A DNA stretch of 64,000 nucleotides from Ascidiella aspersa (taxonomy: Eukaryota): assembly GCA_963924565.1 (NCBI GenBank), contig OZ004610.1:14012001-14076000 (forward strand). Direction: 5' to 3'. This document shows, one piece after another, positions 38,501-50,468 of this stretch. The position numbers were made by a program, and so were the translations under genes. Below the pieces are notes generated by a model. It saw only the letters and a program-made list of their open reading frames with translations. It was not told the origin of the DNA and did not search any database. Every line of letters starts with the position of its first letter. Position 1 is the stretch's first letter.

Positions 38501-41500
38501 CAAAAAACATTTTTTGACACTTTTAATGTCAGTTACGTATTTTGGTCAATTTGTGTCGTATACTGGAATTTGAAAAGCATAAAATTTTCGTGAGAATCTT
38601 AAATTCTCATTCGGTTAAAGTTTTTTAAACTGTTAAAAGAATCTGCAAACTTAAAACAAAATACCACTGGTTTAACCACCTGCCAATGTCACGCTGTGCA
38701 GAAACTCGTCGCCGAACTTTCGAGAAACCAGCTCGAGGACGCCGTCGATCTTCTGCGGGAAAGGATGGACGCGCACGCGGCCCAAACCCGATCCTACGCT
38801 GATCGCTACAAGAACCTCAAGTCCAAGCACCGCAGCAAAATCAGGCGGATAAGGTGAGACGGCGATCGATTTGCTACTTTGCAAGGTCAAGGGTATGACT
38901 GTCGGTGCAGTATGTTTCATCTATCGAAAGACGTTTTGCTTTTCTATGCAGGGATGAGAAGTCGTGGCCGGATTCGGACTGACGTATTATATTTGGTTGT
39001 AATCGAACTCCGACGTGCGATTTTTTTGAGCAAGTCGGTAACCTATAAGGCCACATATTGTAAATCGTATTGAGGTGAAATAGCATAAGGAACATTTTCC
39101 GACTATGTTTTGTAGTTGAGTGAGAAATAACCCTATAAGTGCGAATTGTATATCGACCCTATTTTGGTTATGGGTGGAATACTGAGCTATGGAGTAGGGT
39201 CGGACTCCGGGAGTTGACCTTGTATTTTACTGACCCAGTTTGGGTCAATTTTACTTAATAAAACTACCAATCTTTGCCTAACTGTTTAACTATTGGTTTA
39301 CGTAAGGACTGCAATTGATGTGGGGTGTACATTTATCTAGCTCAGCAAATGTATGTGCGAGTGTGGAAGAACGAGGCAATCGATTTCTGTTTAATGCCAT
39401 GGCTTATTGTGGTTAATACAGCACGTTTGGCTCAAACATATCTAGCTGGGCGCCGCCCTTGTATAGTATTTTGGATTATTTACGGCGAAGATTAATTTAT
39501 TCTGTAAAAAATCAAACGCTTAATCATTTGTACGAAAATATCCTATCGCTCTTCCCATAGCCTCGTGTTTCTCCCTTCTATTTTCTTACTAGAATGACTC
39601 ACCTGCAATTACAAAGTCAGCGAATAACTCTCTGTGTACTACGATTGTATTTTTTCATAGTTTACATTTGTTAAGAAGACAATATCGATCGGTCGTCGGA
39701 AAGCCAATCGAAACTGGTGAATCACCGACCGTCAAACGCATCTGGCGGGCATTTAGGCGTTTTGATATAATTGGCGCTTATGACCCAAGACCTAGTTTAC
39801 TTTATCCATTAGTATACGTTATACTAATCCCCGAAAATCGCGAAATTAGCGTAAAAAAGGAACAGGTGATCCGCTACCCTGCTGAAAATGAATTATGTTT
39901 TCCTGGAAAATAAAGCGTCTACTTAAGTTCGTAATTCCCACGGTTTGTTCTCCATTGTCCGTGCTGCATTATTTTCTACATGTTTATCTTAAGCACTGGT
40001 TCTCAACCTTTTTAGTGTCGTTACTGATGAGTAGTACTTAATGGGTATCTGTTAAACTTTTTTTATATAAAAATATCTAAAAATTTACATTTAAATAAAC
40101 TTTAAAGGTTGGACAATTAAAAGAATATATTGCTTTTTGTTGTTCAACATTTAAAGATAACACCCCATATCACTTTCAATTTCCCATATAATATACTCCC
40201 ATATAATTTGTCAAATACCTCCATGATGGTAATTCTCCATATTTAAGATACATTCTTGTAACATGTCATTTTTAATTCAACAGTCGCATTTGGCGTGATG
40301 CGCATCAAACTCGAGAGGTATATACTGCGGTGGTGTTAAGGTTCATCAACTGTTGAGATGATGGATTGCACAACCGTGACAGTGGCGGCATTTGGCTCCT
40401 TTTTATGTGCAAAGAAGCGAAACTATCGCGTCAAATCCATTCTCGTCATGTCCCGTGTTGACCTTGCAATGTGCTATAGACGCGTTGCGAACTTCCATGC
40501 GAGCTGCGGCTTCTTTTTAGCCAGGTTTTTGTGAGTTGATCGCTTTGTTTGTTGCGTTAAAAGGTATTCAGTCCCGGTTTTCACATTCTGTTCGTTCTTG
40601 TTCGCACCCCCTCAGAAAAACAAGGAGTCAGTCGGCTTCTTTTTTGAAGAATTGTCTGTAACACATTGTTGCCCTGTAAGGAATTTCGCGCTTGACAACA
40701 AACAGCACATTGTTAAAGTCAGGCACCAAACTAAATGTGTTTAAACCAGGTTCTTGTGTACTATCGGAACATGTTAAATTGACATTTCAAAACTGTGTAC
40801 CTGTACCTTGAAAATATACATTTAAATTTTAATCCTCAAAGTTACCAAAACGTGCAACCGAATTTGATATGGCCATGTAAAAAAATGATTTCAAACTTGT
40901 TGAATCCAGACATTGTATCACTCCCTCGTTATGGCCCGAGGGCAAGACGATAAACTTTCGCACATATTAGCGCGAATTTTTTGAGGGAAACCCAAACAAT
41001 GTTTACCCGAAAATGCGACAGTCTGTCTGCTGTAAGTGACATGTTCGCCAGCCATTGGCGCGGGTTAAAGCTATAGTGGACGGACAGATCACAAATCGGT
41101 TCTGCGGTCTGCGAAATTGCTACGCAGTTAACGAGATGGAGAAAACAAACCCACTCGTGCTGTCAAAGCGTTAAATTCTGCGAAAAATCGACAAACTGGA
41201 ACTTGTTGATTTAAACACATGCCGGCGGTTTAAGCGGCGTAAGACTTTCAAAGCGAAAGAAAAAATCCTGAAAAACAGCGTTTTGCCAAATGCTGTACGT
41301 GTTTTAGGTTAACTCAAACCGCGAACCATTCAAATTACTTTCCTGTGCACCGTTATAGAATATCTGTAACAATTTTTTTCACATCCACCTTTTTGCTATT
41401 TTCATCATCAGTGTCACATAAATTAGTTTCAAACTTTATGTGATGCACTGCCCTTTTAAACTTTTTTTTTTTATCTTATTGTATCTAAAAGCGTTATTTA

Positions 41501-44500
41501 TTTTTCACTTGTTACGCTTTGAGTTTGCTGTCCGATGCTAACGTGGCACCTTTGTTTCAAGGAGCTATTTGTTTGTAATGTATGGATCACCCGCCTTAGT
41601 AAATAGTTAATCTCATGGCACTTCAAGAATGTTGCTAATTCTTAATTTAAACCAAAACCGGGGCGGTCTTGCAAAAAGAGCTTTTACAAGGATACTATTT
41701 GTACCAACCACCAAATCTCTTCAACAATGAATAAACCGATAAATTTAACCTGCCAACCGTGAAACTACCCATAATTCTATTAACCGGACGAGCCTAAAAT
41801 ACGTCATTTTGTACTGACAAAATAGCTTTCTCTTCAAACGTCAACGAAAGTTGTCACATGCTTTAAAGATGTAGGCGCCAGAAACTACCAAATAAAAAAT
41901 AGTCGATACCATACGGATGTACGATACTTCATATTTTATTTCTTCACCGATACCCGATATTATTTTGGTTGATAAGTGTTTCCATCCGATCCGATACCAA
42001 AGAACGTGAATACTGTGACAAAATCATCAAAATGATGAAATCAAAACGAGCAGGTGCAATGTTTTCAGACCTTTAGGCCAAAATTTGATGTAGTGTCAAA
42101 AAGTTAAGTTGCTTTCGACTGTTGATTTATTTTTTTCGCAAACCATGTCTGAAATGCGATAATAAATTTTGGCTCTGGAACCTGAATATCGGATAAGAAG
42201 CGATACTACCGATTAACATCTCGTGTGGGCTCGGGTCCTATTTTATCGGACATTTATAATCAACATACAAACTATGACAAACTTAATGTTTGTAACCAAA
42301 TATGTCCTCGCCCGTGCAAGTAAATTACGACAGTGACTTTGAATTAAAGCAAATATTCTTAGTTCGAATTGGGAGATTAAAGATGCCGTTTTGGCCAAAT
42401 GGTCTTGTCTTTACAATTTTACATCTTAAAATTACGTAAAAGAGTTGGGTTTTTTTTGCATACCCTCTTTTTCTCACACTATTCTTTTTACTTTCCAAAA
42501 CCGGCTTAGCCTATCCATTTTTTTTCATTTAATTCAACCAACTGATTTTGTATAGCTTTTTCCTGAATAAAATCGACCATGCTCTTTTTTAAACGGCCTG
42601 TTTATAAAACGACTGACTTTGCTTAAGGTAAAACGAGAGAACATTTTTACATTAACCTTATACTATATGTACCGCTTTCTTCAGGGAGCTATTCTTCCTG
42701 GAGCGACGCGCCACCGCCGAGGAGACAGAGAACCTGGAGCGGCGCCTCGCCTCCGCCGAGTCCCAGCTGGAGCGGGAGCTTGAGTGGAAGGAGGAGGCCG
42801 CCAGTGACGTCAGGCGCTCGGAGGAGGAGCGGAGGAACGCCATCAACGCGGCCGACGACGCGCTGCGGAAGGTCGAGGAGAGGTCGGCCTGGCGTTTTTA
42901 CTTGATTTTTATTTACGAAATATGTTTAAAGAAGGAAACTCGTCGGATAATTGTGATTTCGCACTAAATAGACATTTTTTTAATTGGATTTTTTTTAAGC
43001 GACATCTTTCGAAGAAGGGTTCTCAACCTGTAGGTAACTTCCCCCGAAAGGGATGATTTGAGATTTTCGTGTGGCAAAATTTAACATTAATATTATTTGT
43101 TTTGCTGCTATAACATTAAGATTGTTTTGTTAATCCATAAGCATGTAAGCATTAGGATCTTAAACATCAACCTTCCAACTGTTTAAAATTTAATGTTTGT
43201 TTATATGCATGTCATTGCACTATTTTTATGTTGTTTATCCTTTAATTGATTGCCGGTTATGACTTTTAATTTTAAAAGTGGGTAATTTAGGTTTGTTAAG
43301 CGGTTTATGCGTGGGTAATCACATCATCCAACCATTATTTCCAAATGCACACATTGCGATCATAAGGGCATTACTAGTGATTCATTGATAGGTCAGGAAC
43401 CGCGGGGTCATCAACCGATCGAAGTCACAATTTCCGACTCCTCGCCTTCTCGCTAACGTTGGTTAATTTAATCTCAAAGTAGCCCCTGTGCTTAATTCGT
43501 CGAACTTTAAGTAGTTAATCCGGTGTTTCTAGTGTTTCACATGTAAGATCACATATCGTTTTTACAGTTTGGACAAGATCAATAACCTGACAAGCGCCAA
43601 GCAAGACCTAGGTGCGGAGAACAGCATGCTTCAGGTAAGTAAAAAAAGAAAAGTTACTTAGTAATTTCCAGCGGCAAACAAAAGCCTGGCAAAACCAGCA
43701 ATACCGCTTCCTGAGAAACCTTATAGTGGCCATGCCCTTTAGTAAAAGTTTCTTTTGCGTTCACTTGACTAATAGGTTTGCGGTTGTCAGGGAAAATAAA
43801 TATTTTATGGAAGGTTTACTTAGCAAAGACTAATTTGAAGTTGATCTGTTTATCTACCATGTTTGTTTTTGTAACACTTATTGTTGCTTTCCCTATATAT
43901 GTTTTGTACAAATACAATTTTCGGCGAAATACGACATTTGAAAACAAACAAGGAAACAAATGGCCTGCGGTGAGAGTCGAACTTCCGACCTCCGGAATCT
44001 ATCAACGGAAATATTTGGATTATTGGTTAGGCAAATAAGCTGCCAGAAATTAATTTGCGTTTCATGCCAAAGATATCGCCAAATTAGAAACCTTATTTAT
44101 TTTAGGTTAAATGTTAAACACAAATATATCCATATAGGATATAAAATTTGCCCCAAAACCTATACTCTACCTTGAAGATAAAAAACCCTTCTCAATGTAA
44201 GAAGATTAAATTTTATAAATGGATAACCGCATGGCCCATACGTTCAAGTTCCTAGGTGACTGGGCATCAGTTAGGCTTTGGCACTTCTGTGTTATTTAGG
44301 CAGTTAAGCTATACAATAAATAAACACGCTTTGTAATGCACAGCAAAAAGAGCTGAAACGCTATAGGTTTTCTTGATTCGTAGAAACAACTGGGACTTCT
44401 CGAGAAGCAGAAACAAGAGCTTGGAAAACTTGTTGATGCCAACAGGCAACAGCAAAAAGAGGTCTGTGACGTCATTGCAATAATAATCTTACCCAGTCAA

Positions 44501-45187
44501 ACTGACGTATTATAATAAGTTAAGAGTTTTTTTGGTATAATTGCACGGCCGCAGCGTTAAAATACTGCATTTAACTAAACCTGTGAAATAAAGATATACC
44601 AAGGGTTTACTGTTGCCCAGTATTTCTTGGAAGGCATGGTTTTGTATCATTTTCCTTAACAATATATTATCGTATGATGTTTTGGTTGCTGTACTATACC
44701 TACGTGAAATTCGTGTTTGAACTAAACGAAATTAGCGGCCTCTATAAAGTTTTGTGTATAGTGAGCATAAGCGTATGGGATCGGGCACAACTCGAGAACT
44801 AAGGCTTCCTTCACTGCTTTATTGCCACTATTGTTTTAAATCGGTACGAGGCCCAAACCAGATCACTTTTCGGTCGTGAAAGCGCCGCGTTTAATTGCTA
44901 TCTCGCGCTTTTTGTGTGTTGCTCAGGAACTGAGCACCTTGCTGAGCAGCCTCAGCATGAGCGGCAGCCTTCCTCAGCCTTTCGTGACGAACGCCAACTC
45001 CCGCCTTTCAACCTCAATCGACTTCGGCGCGTCATCGCCCGAGAAAGGCGCCTTCGACGCTATGACGTCACCCTACGGTTCGCGCAAGAGCGGAAGTGAA
45101 GCCGGCGGAACGCGACTGTCGTCGTCCTACCTGAACCTGAGCAGCTCTGGCGGCTTCCAGCCTGGAGTCGGAAAAGTGATCGATTAA
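20516..45187 (+). CDS. CCDC30: Long coiled-coil protein, CCDC30-like, 18 coding exons, 854 aa
   Basis: Exons 20516-20554, 20625-20786, 20873-20993, 23589-23668, 23810-23920, 24810-24929, 25429-25633, 26059-26221, 28056-28161, 31466-31705, 33092-33256, 34612-34742, 37919-38084, 38702-38853, 42685-42882, 43568-43634, 44384-44461 and 44927-45187 splice in frame (2565 nt). N-terminal motifs EVQNYVDHVRTLSEERDKLTAEFECENEKL and QEGLHELIGSTFSEQMAYLLVVRATL resemble long-form CCDC30 as I recall it. The remainder is heptad-rich and ends in a Ser/Gly-rich tail. Confidence 0.8.
22889..23215. mobile_element. hAT (Buster-like) MITE
   Basis: Perfect TIR caggggtgtccaac / gttggacacccctg and perfect TSD acttaagg. 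Confidence 0.9.
26820..26950 (+). repeat. Dispersed repeat, copy 1 (copy 2 at ~28965-29070)
   Basis: The two copies share ctgcaaattgggtgtagcca, ttgacctttctatt and taatttcatagtaaact in the same order. Confidence 0.7.
28965..29070 (+). repeat. Dispersed repeat, copy 2
   Basis: Diverged direct copy of 26820-26950. Confidence 0.7.
33429..33727. mobile_element. hAT (Buster-like) MITE
   Basis: TIR cagtggctcttaa / ttaagaaccactg and perfect TSD caatagtc. Confidence 0.85.
33946..34212. mobile_element. hAT (Buster-like) MITE with an internal ~28-bp tandem repeat
   Basis: TIR cagtgtttcttaa / ttaagaagcacag and TSD gtctagaa/atctagaa. The unit gggtgaaccaaccaaagggatgaataa occurs three times at 34001-34093. 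Confidence 0.75.
34802..35174. mobile_element. hAT (Buster-like) MITE, same family as 48629-48874
   Basis: TIR caggggttcccaac / gctgggaacccatg and perfect TSD ggttaaag. Confidence 0.9.
35810..35844 (+). repeat. 9-bp tandem repeat (caagcggcg) x~4
   Basis: Directly visible in the sequence. Confidence 0.9.
43962..44045 (-). pseudogene. Degenerate tRNA-like fragment or SINE head
   Basis: The minus strand reads ggaggtcggaagttcgactctcaccgcaggcca, a T-arm/B-box-like sequence. The 5' half does not fold as a cloverleaf. Confidence 0.3.
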
Positions 45188-46931
45188 AATTGCGTTTATA
45201 AAATCAATTTATTTCAAAGTGCCTATCTGTTAATATCGGATCCGTGGCGTTACCAGAGGCCAAGGTGTATAGCATCGGTACTTGTCCTATACTAGGGTGG
45301 TGTCGGTATCGATCAAAATCAATTTATGCATTTCAGCCATCGTTTGCCATCCAACGCAACGTTTTCTTCCTTGAAAGATTTTAAATTGTAAATCAAGAGT
45401 GTAAAATGTATTTTGGGCCTGAAACCGGACCACATTGCATATTATACGACACGTTTTATATTTTACCAGTTTGAATATTTTGCCACAGTCATAATATCTT
45501 TTGGTATCGTATTGGACAATTCTGTATCACCGTACGATTGAATGCGTATTAGAAGGTTTTGTCGTATTCTTACGTTGCAATAACCTCCTTATGTTACGAC
45601 TGTGACGACTTTTGTTTAGTTTTTTAAACTTTTCGCTCCGCCCTTACCGGTGTACATCTTATTGTAAGGACACGGCTGCCTCGTTAAGCGCTCGTAAAAC
45701 ACAACACAAGATTTTTAAACAACCAGAATACACCTCTTTTTTTGCATTTCTTGGAAGCAATAAAAGTCACCTGTTTCGCGGCTCTATAACTTAGAGGTTT
45801 CTGTATATTTGCACCACGATTTTTTAGGGTCTATGACTATGTTAAACATGTAAATTTAAATCGTTTTGTGACTGACATCTGCTTTGCCTTGCCCGTCTGA
45901 TGGTGAGTTTTGTGTTTTAGTGATACGTCACTGTGATTACACGTCCTTCCGTTTCCGCTGTGTGCCCTATACCGTCACCACAAAGCCGTTTCATTTCAAT
46001 GCGTTTTTTAAGTACGTAGCCCCCCTTGTTTTTTACAAGTAACCACTAGAAAACGAACTTTTAACCGATCAAGCAATACCGTGTCTAAATTAATATTTTT
46101 TTACCACAACGTTCAAACCCAGTTGTTTACTTTTGTTCACGTCTTAATACCATCTCCGACCAATCTGGACCGAATGCTCGCGAGTTCTTCATGATATCTG
46201 TATTCGTAATGCTTTAACGGAAACTTCCAAGTTGGTTTTATTTAGCTTGTGACCCCCTTTTAAGACATAACAGTTTTTGGGTGCTGGATGGACGTTATGA
46301 TTTTATAGGTTTTCTGCCACACCACATCGTGTTAGTTTTAATTCTGACGTAGGTTTATTGTTTGCCTTTCCGTTGTCGCTCCGCCTCTTCAAAAGATCGT
46401 AAAAGCTGTGTGCGTTTTTCTGAAGCCGACGTTGCCGAAGTGTTTTGAGTTCAAACAGTATTCTTCAAGTTGTTCAGCGTGTTTGTTTAAAGATGCAAAT
46501 CACTGTAAGCCTGTCCGCGCAGTTCGTTTAATTCTTGTGTTATGCGCCCTTGCAAAACAAACCGTAATATTTTATGTCCAAACGCCTTGGCTTTATATTT
46601 TGTTTTATAATTTTTGTAAAAAACTGGAATATTTAAACAACTTATTTTCACATGTTACTCATCCGTTGCTTCAACTAAGTGACTTAATGACCCATGTTCA
46701 CTGTATTGCTGAATATTGTTACAATTTATGACTTTTTATATCAGTTCGTTGAGTGGAAATCTGTAAATTGTACGTGTTTCGTGTTTTTTTATAGTCAGTA
46801 ATACATTTTGTATGGAGTTTTATGTTGAGAGTGCTTCGCAACTGCATTACTGTGCTCTATTTTAAAAGTTGTGACAATCGGTTCTTAGCAGGTCAGTCGA
46901 AAATAGAAAAAACTGCCGGCTCTTTTTATAG

Positions 46932-47049
46932 CTTCACGGTGGTGACTTAAGCTCGGTCCTACTTCACGCTCGTGATAAAGCGATACTACAACTTCACGGT
47001 CGTGATTAAGCGAGACTCCAACTTCACGGTCGTAATTAAGCGAGACTCC
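46932..47049 (+). repeat. ~30-bp minisatellite x4 (cttcacggtcgtgattaagcgagactccaa), probably the subterminal repeat of a transposon relic
   Basis: Four contiguous diverged units with no spacers. Confidence 0.8.
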
Positions 47050-48628
47050 GGCACAGACAGTTAGGCGTCAACAAGTCAAGTTGGTTGCTCCACGACAAGG
47101 GTCGTTGCAACAGCAAACAACCACACTATATCCTCGACATTCAAAAATTGACCTCATGTCCGAAAATCATTTGTTTTTGGTCGGATCGCTGAACGTGATT
47201 TATTATTACGGGAAACGACCTTGGAATTTCGTTCGGTTTGTTTTTGTCGTCTTTTTGTTTTCTTTCGAGCCCAGCTGGCCTTTCATTTCACTCACCCATA
47301 TGTACGGTAGCCTACGCGTTTTTATAGGCTGTTATCTCAGGTGGGGTGAACAGTTGAAATTGGTTTTGCTTAGGTAATTTAATTTCCGACCGTAATTCAA
47401 GGCTGTTAGAGCGAAAAGCTAATGCTCCATCGATTTTCGTAAAATTATTTGGTACCGAAGTCACTGGGCTGGTAATACAATTAGGTTAATGGTTTATAAG
47501 CACGTCAGTCAGGAAGGCATCATAAAACAAAATTTGAAGAAAAAAAACATATAAAAAGTTTAGAAAGAATACTAAATAAGATTGTCATTTTTATTATTAT
47601 AATATCAATGTGTGCTTTAAATTAGAATATTGCGTACATCTACTTACGTTGGCAAAGTTGAAATTAAAAAACAGACATGCAATATTGACTGGAAACGCAC
47701 CCACAGTTACTCCCATAAGGTACCCTGAAACTCACTGATCTGACAATATATAACTTGTTGTTCTGATACAAAATTTCGTTGTTATCCTGAGCCGATAATT
47801 TATCAATTTTTATCTTGGAAATGGCTGAACAGAGGTTTGCGTGCAACGAATTTTATACGCTTGAAATCGATTGCCCCGTTTTGGTTTTTGTTTTTTGCCT
47901 TTGTAGTCATATAGGCTAGGTTAACATACTCTGTGTTCATAAACAGGTCTTTCGAACTTAACTTCCCGCGAATAGCTAACGACAAAAACACGTTTAATCA
48001 ATCTGTGTTTATTGGCAAAATTTTGTTTCAAGCCCTACAAGATAGTCACGGCCATGACTAAACAAAACGTTACTTGAGGAACTGTTAATTTAGTATAAAA
48101 ATTCCTCATGTTTTCAAATTACCAGCCATATTAAATCTTTAACAAACTAAACTAAAACAGGAAGATTTAGTTTGCTGGCAAAATATATACATATACAAAT
48201 TATACATCTTTCAATAGTGTCTGACCTTAATTGCTAGCTTTTCTAGAGTATTCTGCTGTTATTGATGAGAAATAAAGGTCGACTTTTATCTTGCAAGGTT
48301 CAATTTGGTTTCTATTATCACATATTCAGTGCTATAGTAAAACCTAATGAACAATTTTTTTCCATGTACCTCTCGACTGTATTTTTTTAATTAAAAATCC
48401 ATAACACTGAAACTTTATTTTTGTTAATAATTTGTATATTTTGAGAGTTTGATGCATGGCACTTTAGAAGCACATGTCTTTCCACTCTTAAGACGAAAAA
48501 AATAATATATTTAACAAACAGAAAGTGTGATTTTTTAGCATTGCACAGATACAGGAAATGAATGTTTAAGTAAATTTCAACACAGAAAAGTAAACAATTG
48601 AAGGTTTAAAACGTACAACTACTTAGCG

Positions 48629-48874
48629 CAGGGGTTCCCAACCTTTTTTCACCGTGGACCCCTTTGGAAATTTTGAGAAACCAATGGCCCCCCTAGTTTT
48701 TCAATATTTGGAAAAATTGTGGAACGTCATTTTAATTAAAAAAACTTATTTTTACAGTAACCGGTAGTTAGAATGTTAAAATAATATAAATACAACACCC
48801 AATAAACATGATAGTACATTATTGAGTTATTACATACTCAGTTAATGTGATGGTCCACAGGTTGGGAACCCCTG
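48629..48874. mobile_element. hAT (Buster-like) MITE, same family as 34802-35174
   Basis: Perfect TIR caggggttcccaacc / ggttgggaacccctg and TSD acttagcg/acttaccg. It shares the internal gaaaattttgagaaa.caatggcccc. Confidence 0.9.
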
Positions 48875-50468
48875 ACTTACCGTGAAAAACAACTGCAATT
48901 AAAGTGGTCATTTATTTTGTTTCTGATATTCCAAAGTGAAAAAAACATAAATAACTGAAAAAGTTTCTTCATTTTGAATAAACTGTAAAAAGGATTGTGG
49001 CATTGGCTCCGGCATGTGTAGCGCAAGACCGTTTTTTTACTTCTAGCGCACAAAAGTCTTTCGGCGGCCGGACAACAAAATGGGCATTTTTTAATAGCTT
49101 TTAGTTTTCAAAGAAATGTCTCACGCGCTGGTTAACATGTAACGAAAAACACACAACCCACTCTTTGTTTGACCGTGCCCGATTGCAGGTGCAATTGTTT
49201 GCACAATTTGCCGAGTAAGGATTCCCAATGAAAAAAAGAAATTGTCAAGAGGCCCTACTATCGTTGATGCGCTTGGGTCACTTGAACCGACAAGAAAAAC
49301 CTGGCCAGGTACATGAAAACGACAAAACGTGCGCTGCGAAATCGCCCTTGTGTGAGTAATGTCATGGCGGGGAAATTTGACAAGGATCAGCCACATAACA
49401 ATGGCCGTATTGTATTTCCTTGCAATTCTAAGTAAAGCGTAATTTAACTGAACAAAACACGCAGAGAATATGACATGTTCAAAGTAAAATTGTTGGATCC
49501 TGTGGATTTTGGAACAAATTCAATTTAAAATCGAAAAATAGCAACATCTTGAAAGCATCGGCGTAAAATTTGAAAAAGTGAGGTCACAAAAGGTCGGCTT
49601 TCCACAAACGAAACGGGTTGAATTTGAAAATCCAGCAATTTATCACCGTTTAACACTGAACGGTTGTCACCTAGTACAAGTACAATTCATCAGTCACATT
49701 TAAAGTTCAGGAAGGTTTTATTTTTCATATGAGTTTCACATGAAAACTATATTATAATATGAAGTTTGTATAAAGTAACAAATATAAATGACCATTGTTC
49801 TATTGCGTTTTATGGTTACAAATGATTTTTATATTTGATTGTAATTAAGACATTGTTATATTGTTATATATGTTATACTTAACTGTATAAGACTAAACCT
49901 CCTAACACCAGAAGTCCTTAAATGTGATATCGCGCATCCGACACCTACCGATTTGAATAATGTAGGAATTTACTTTACTAGTGAACCTACGATTGCCTTA
50001 TAATGCAACAAACTTGCCAAAAGAAGACAGTAACACCCATATCTTGCACCATTTTTACAAAAAATATGATCTTAATAGCGAAACAATAAGGTAAACTGTA
50101 ACACGCAGTATCTGCATACGAAGACATAAGCGACGCATAATAATAAAACAAGGCATGTTAACCTTGACACCGAATGGATTCTGAAAGCCACGATGCATAT
50201 GAATAAAAACAAGTGCTTCAAATAGTTTTCACCACTGTACAATTGATAAGAAAAAGGGATGTGAATGCAAACGCATTTACTGAGATCAAATGATTTGCGT
50301 CGACCCCATGCCACATGTGGCTGGAAACAAGATTAAACGTGACGAATAAAACCGGTTTCTAAGGCGCTGAAATAAAGTGACGCAAAGCTTTGTGACTCGT
50401 AACAGTTTTATGAAATTTCGCGCATACAGAATAAATAGAACAGAGGAAAGATCCCAAAATTGAAGACG

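Noticed and set aside
44340-44354. acagcaaaaagag duplicated upstream of exon 17 and at its end
   Set aside because: It is only a 13-bp match, and use as an acceptor runs into a stop (tag at 44381) in the required frame, so there is no evidence of function.
46932-47049. 30-bp repeats resembling a CRISPR array
   Set aside because: The units are contiguous with no unique spacers, there are no cas genes, and the context is eukaryotic.
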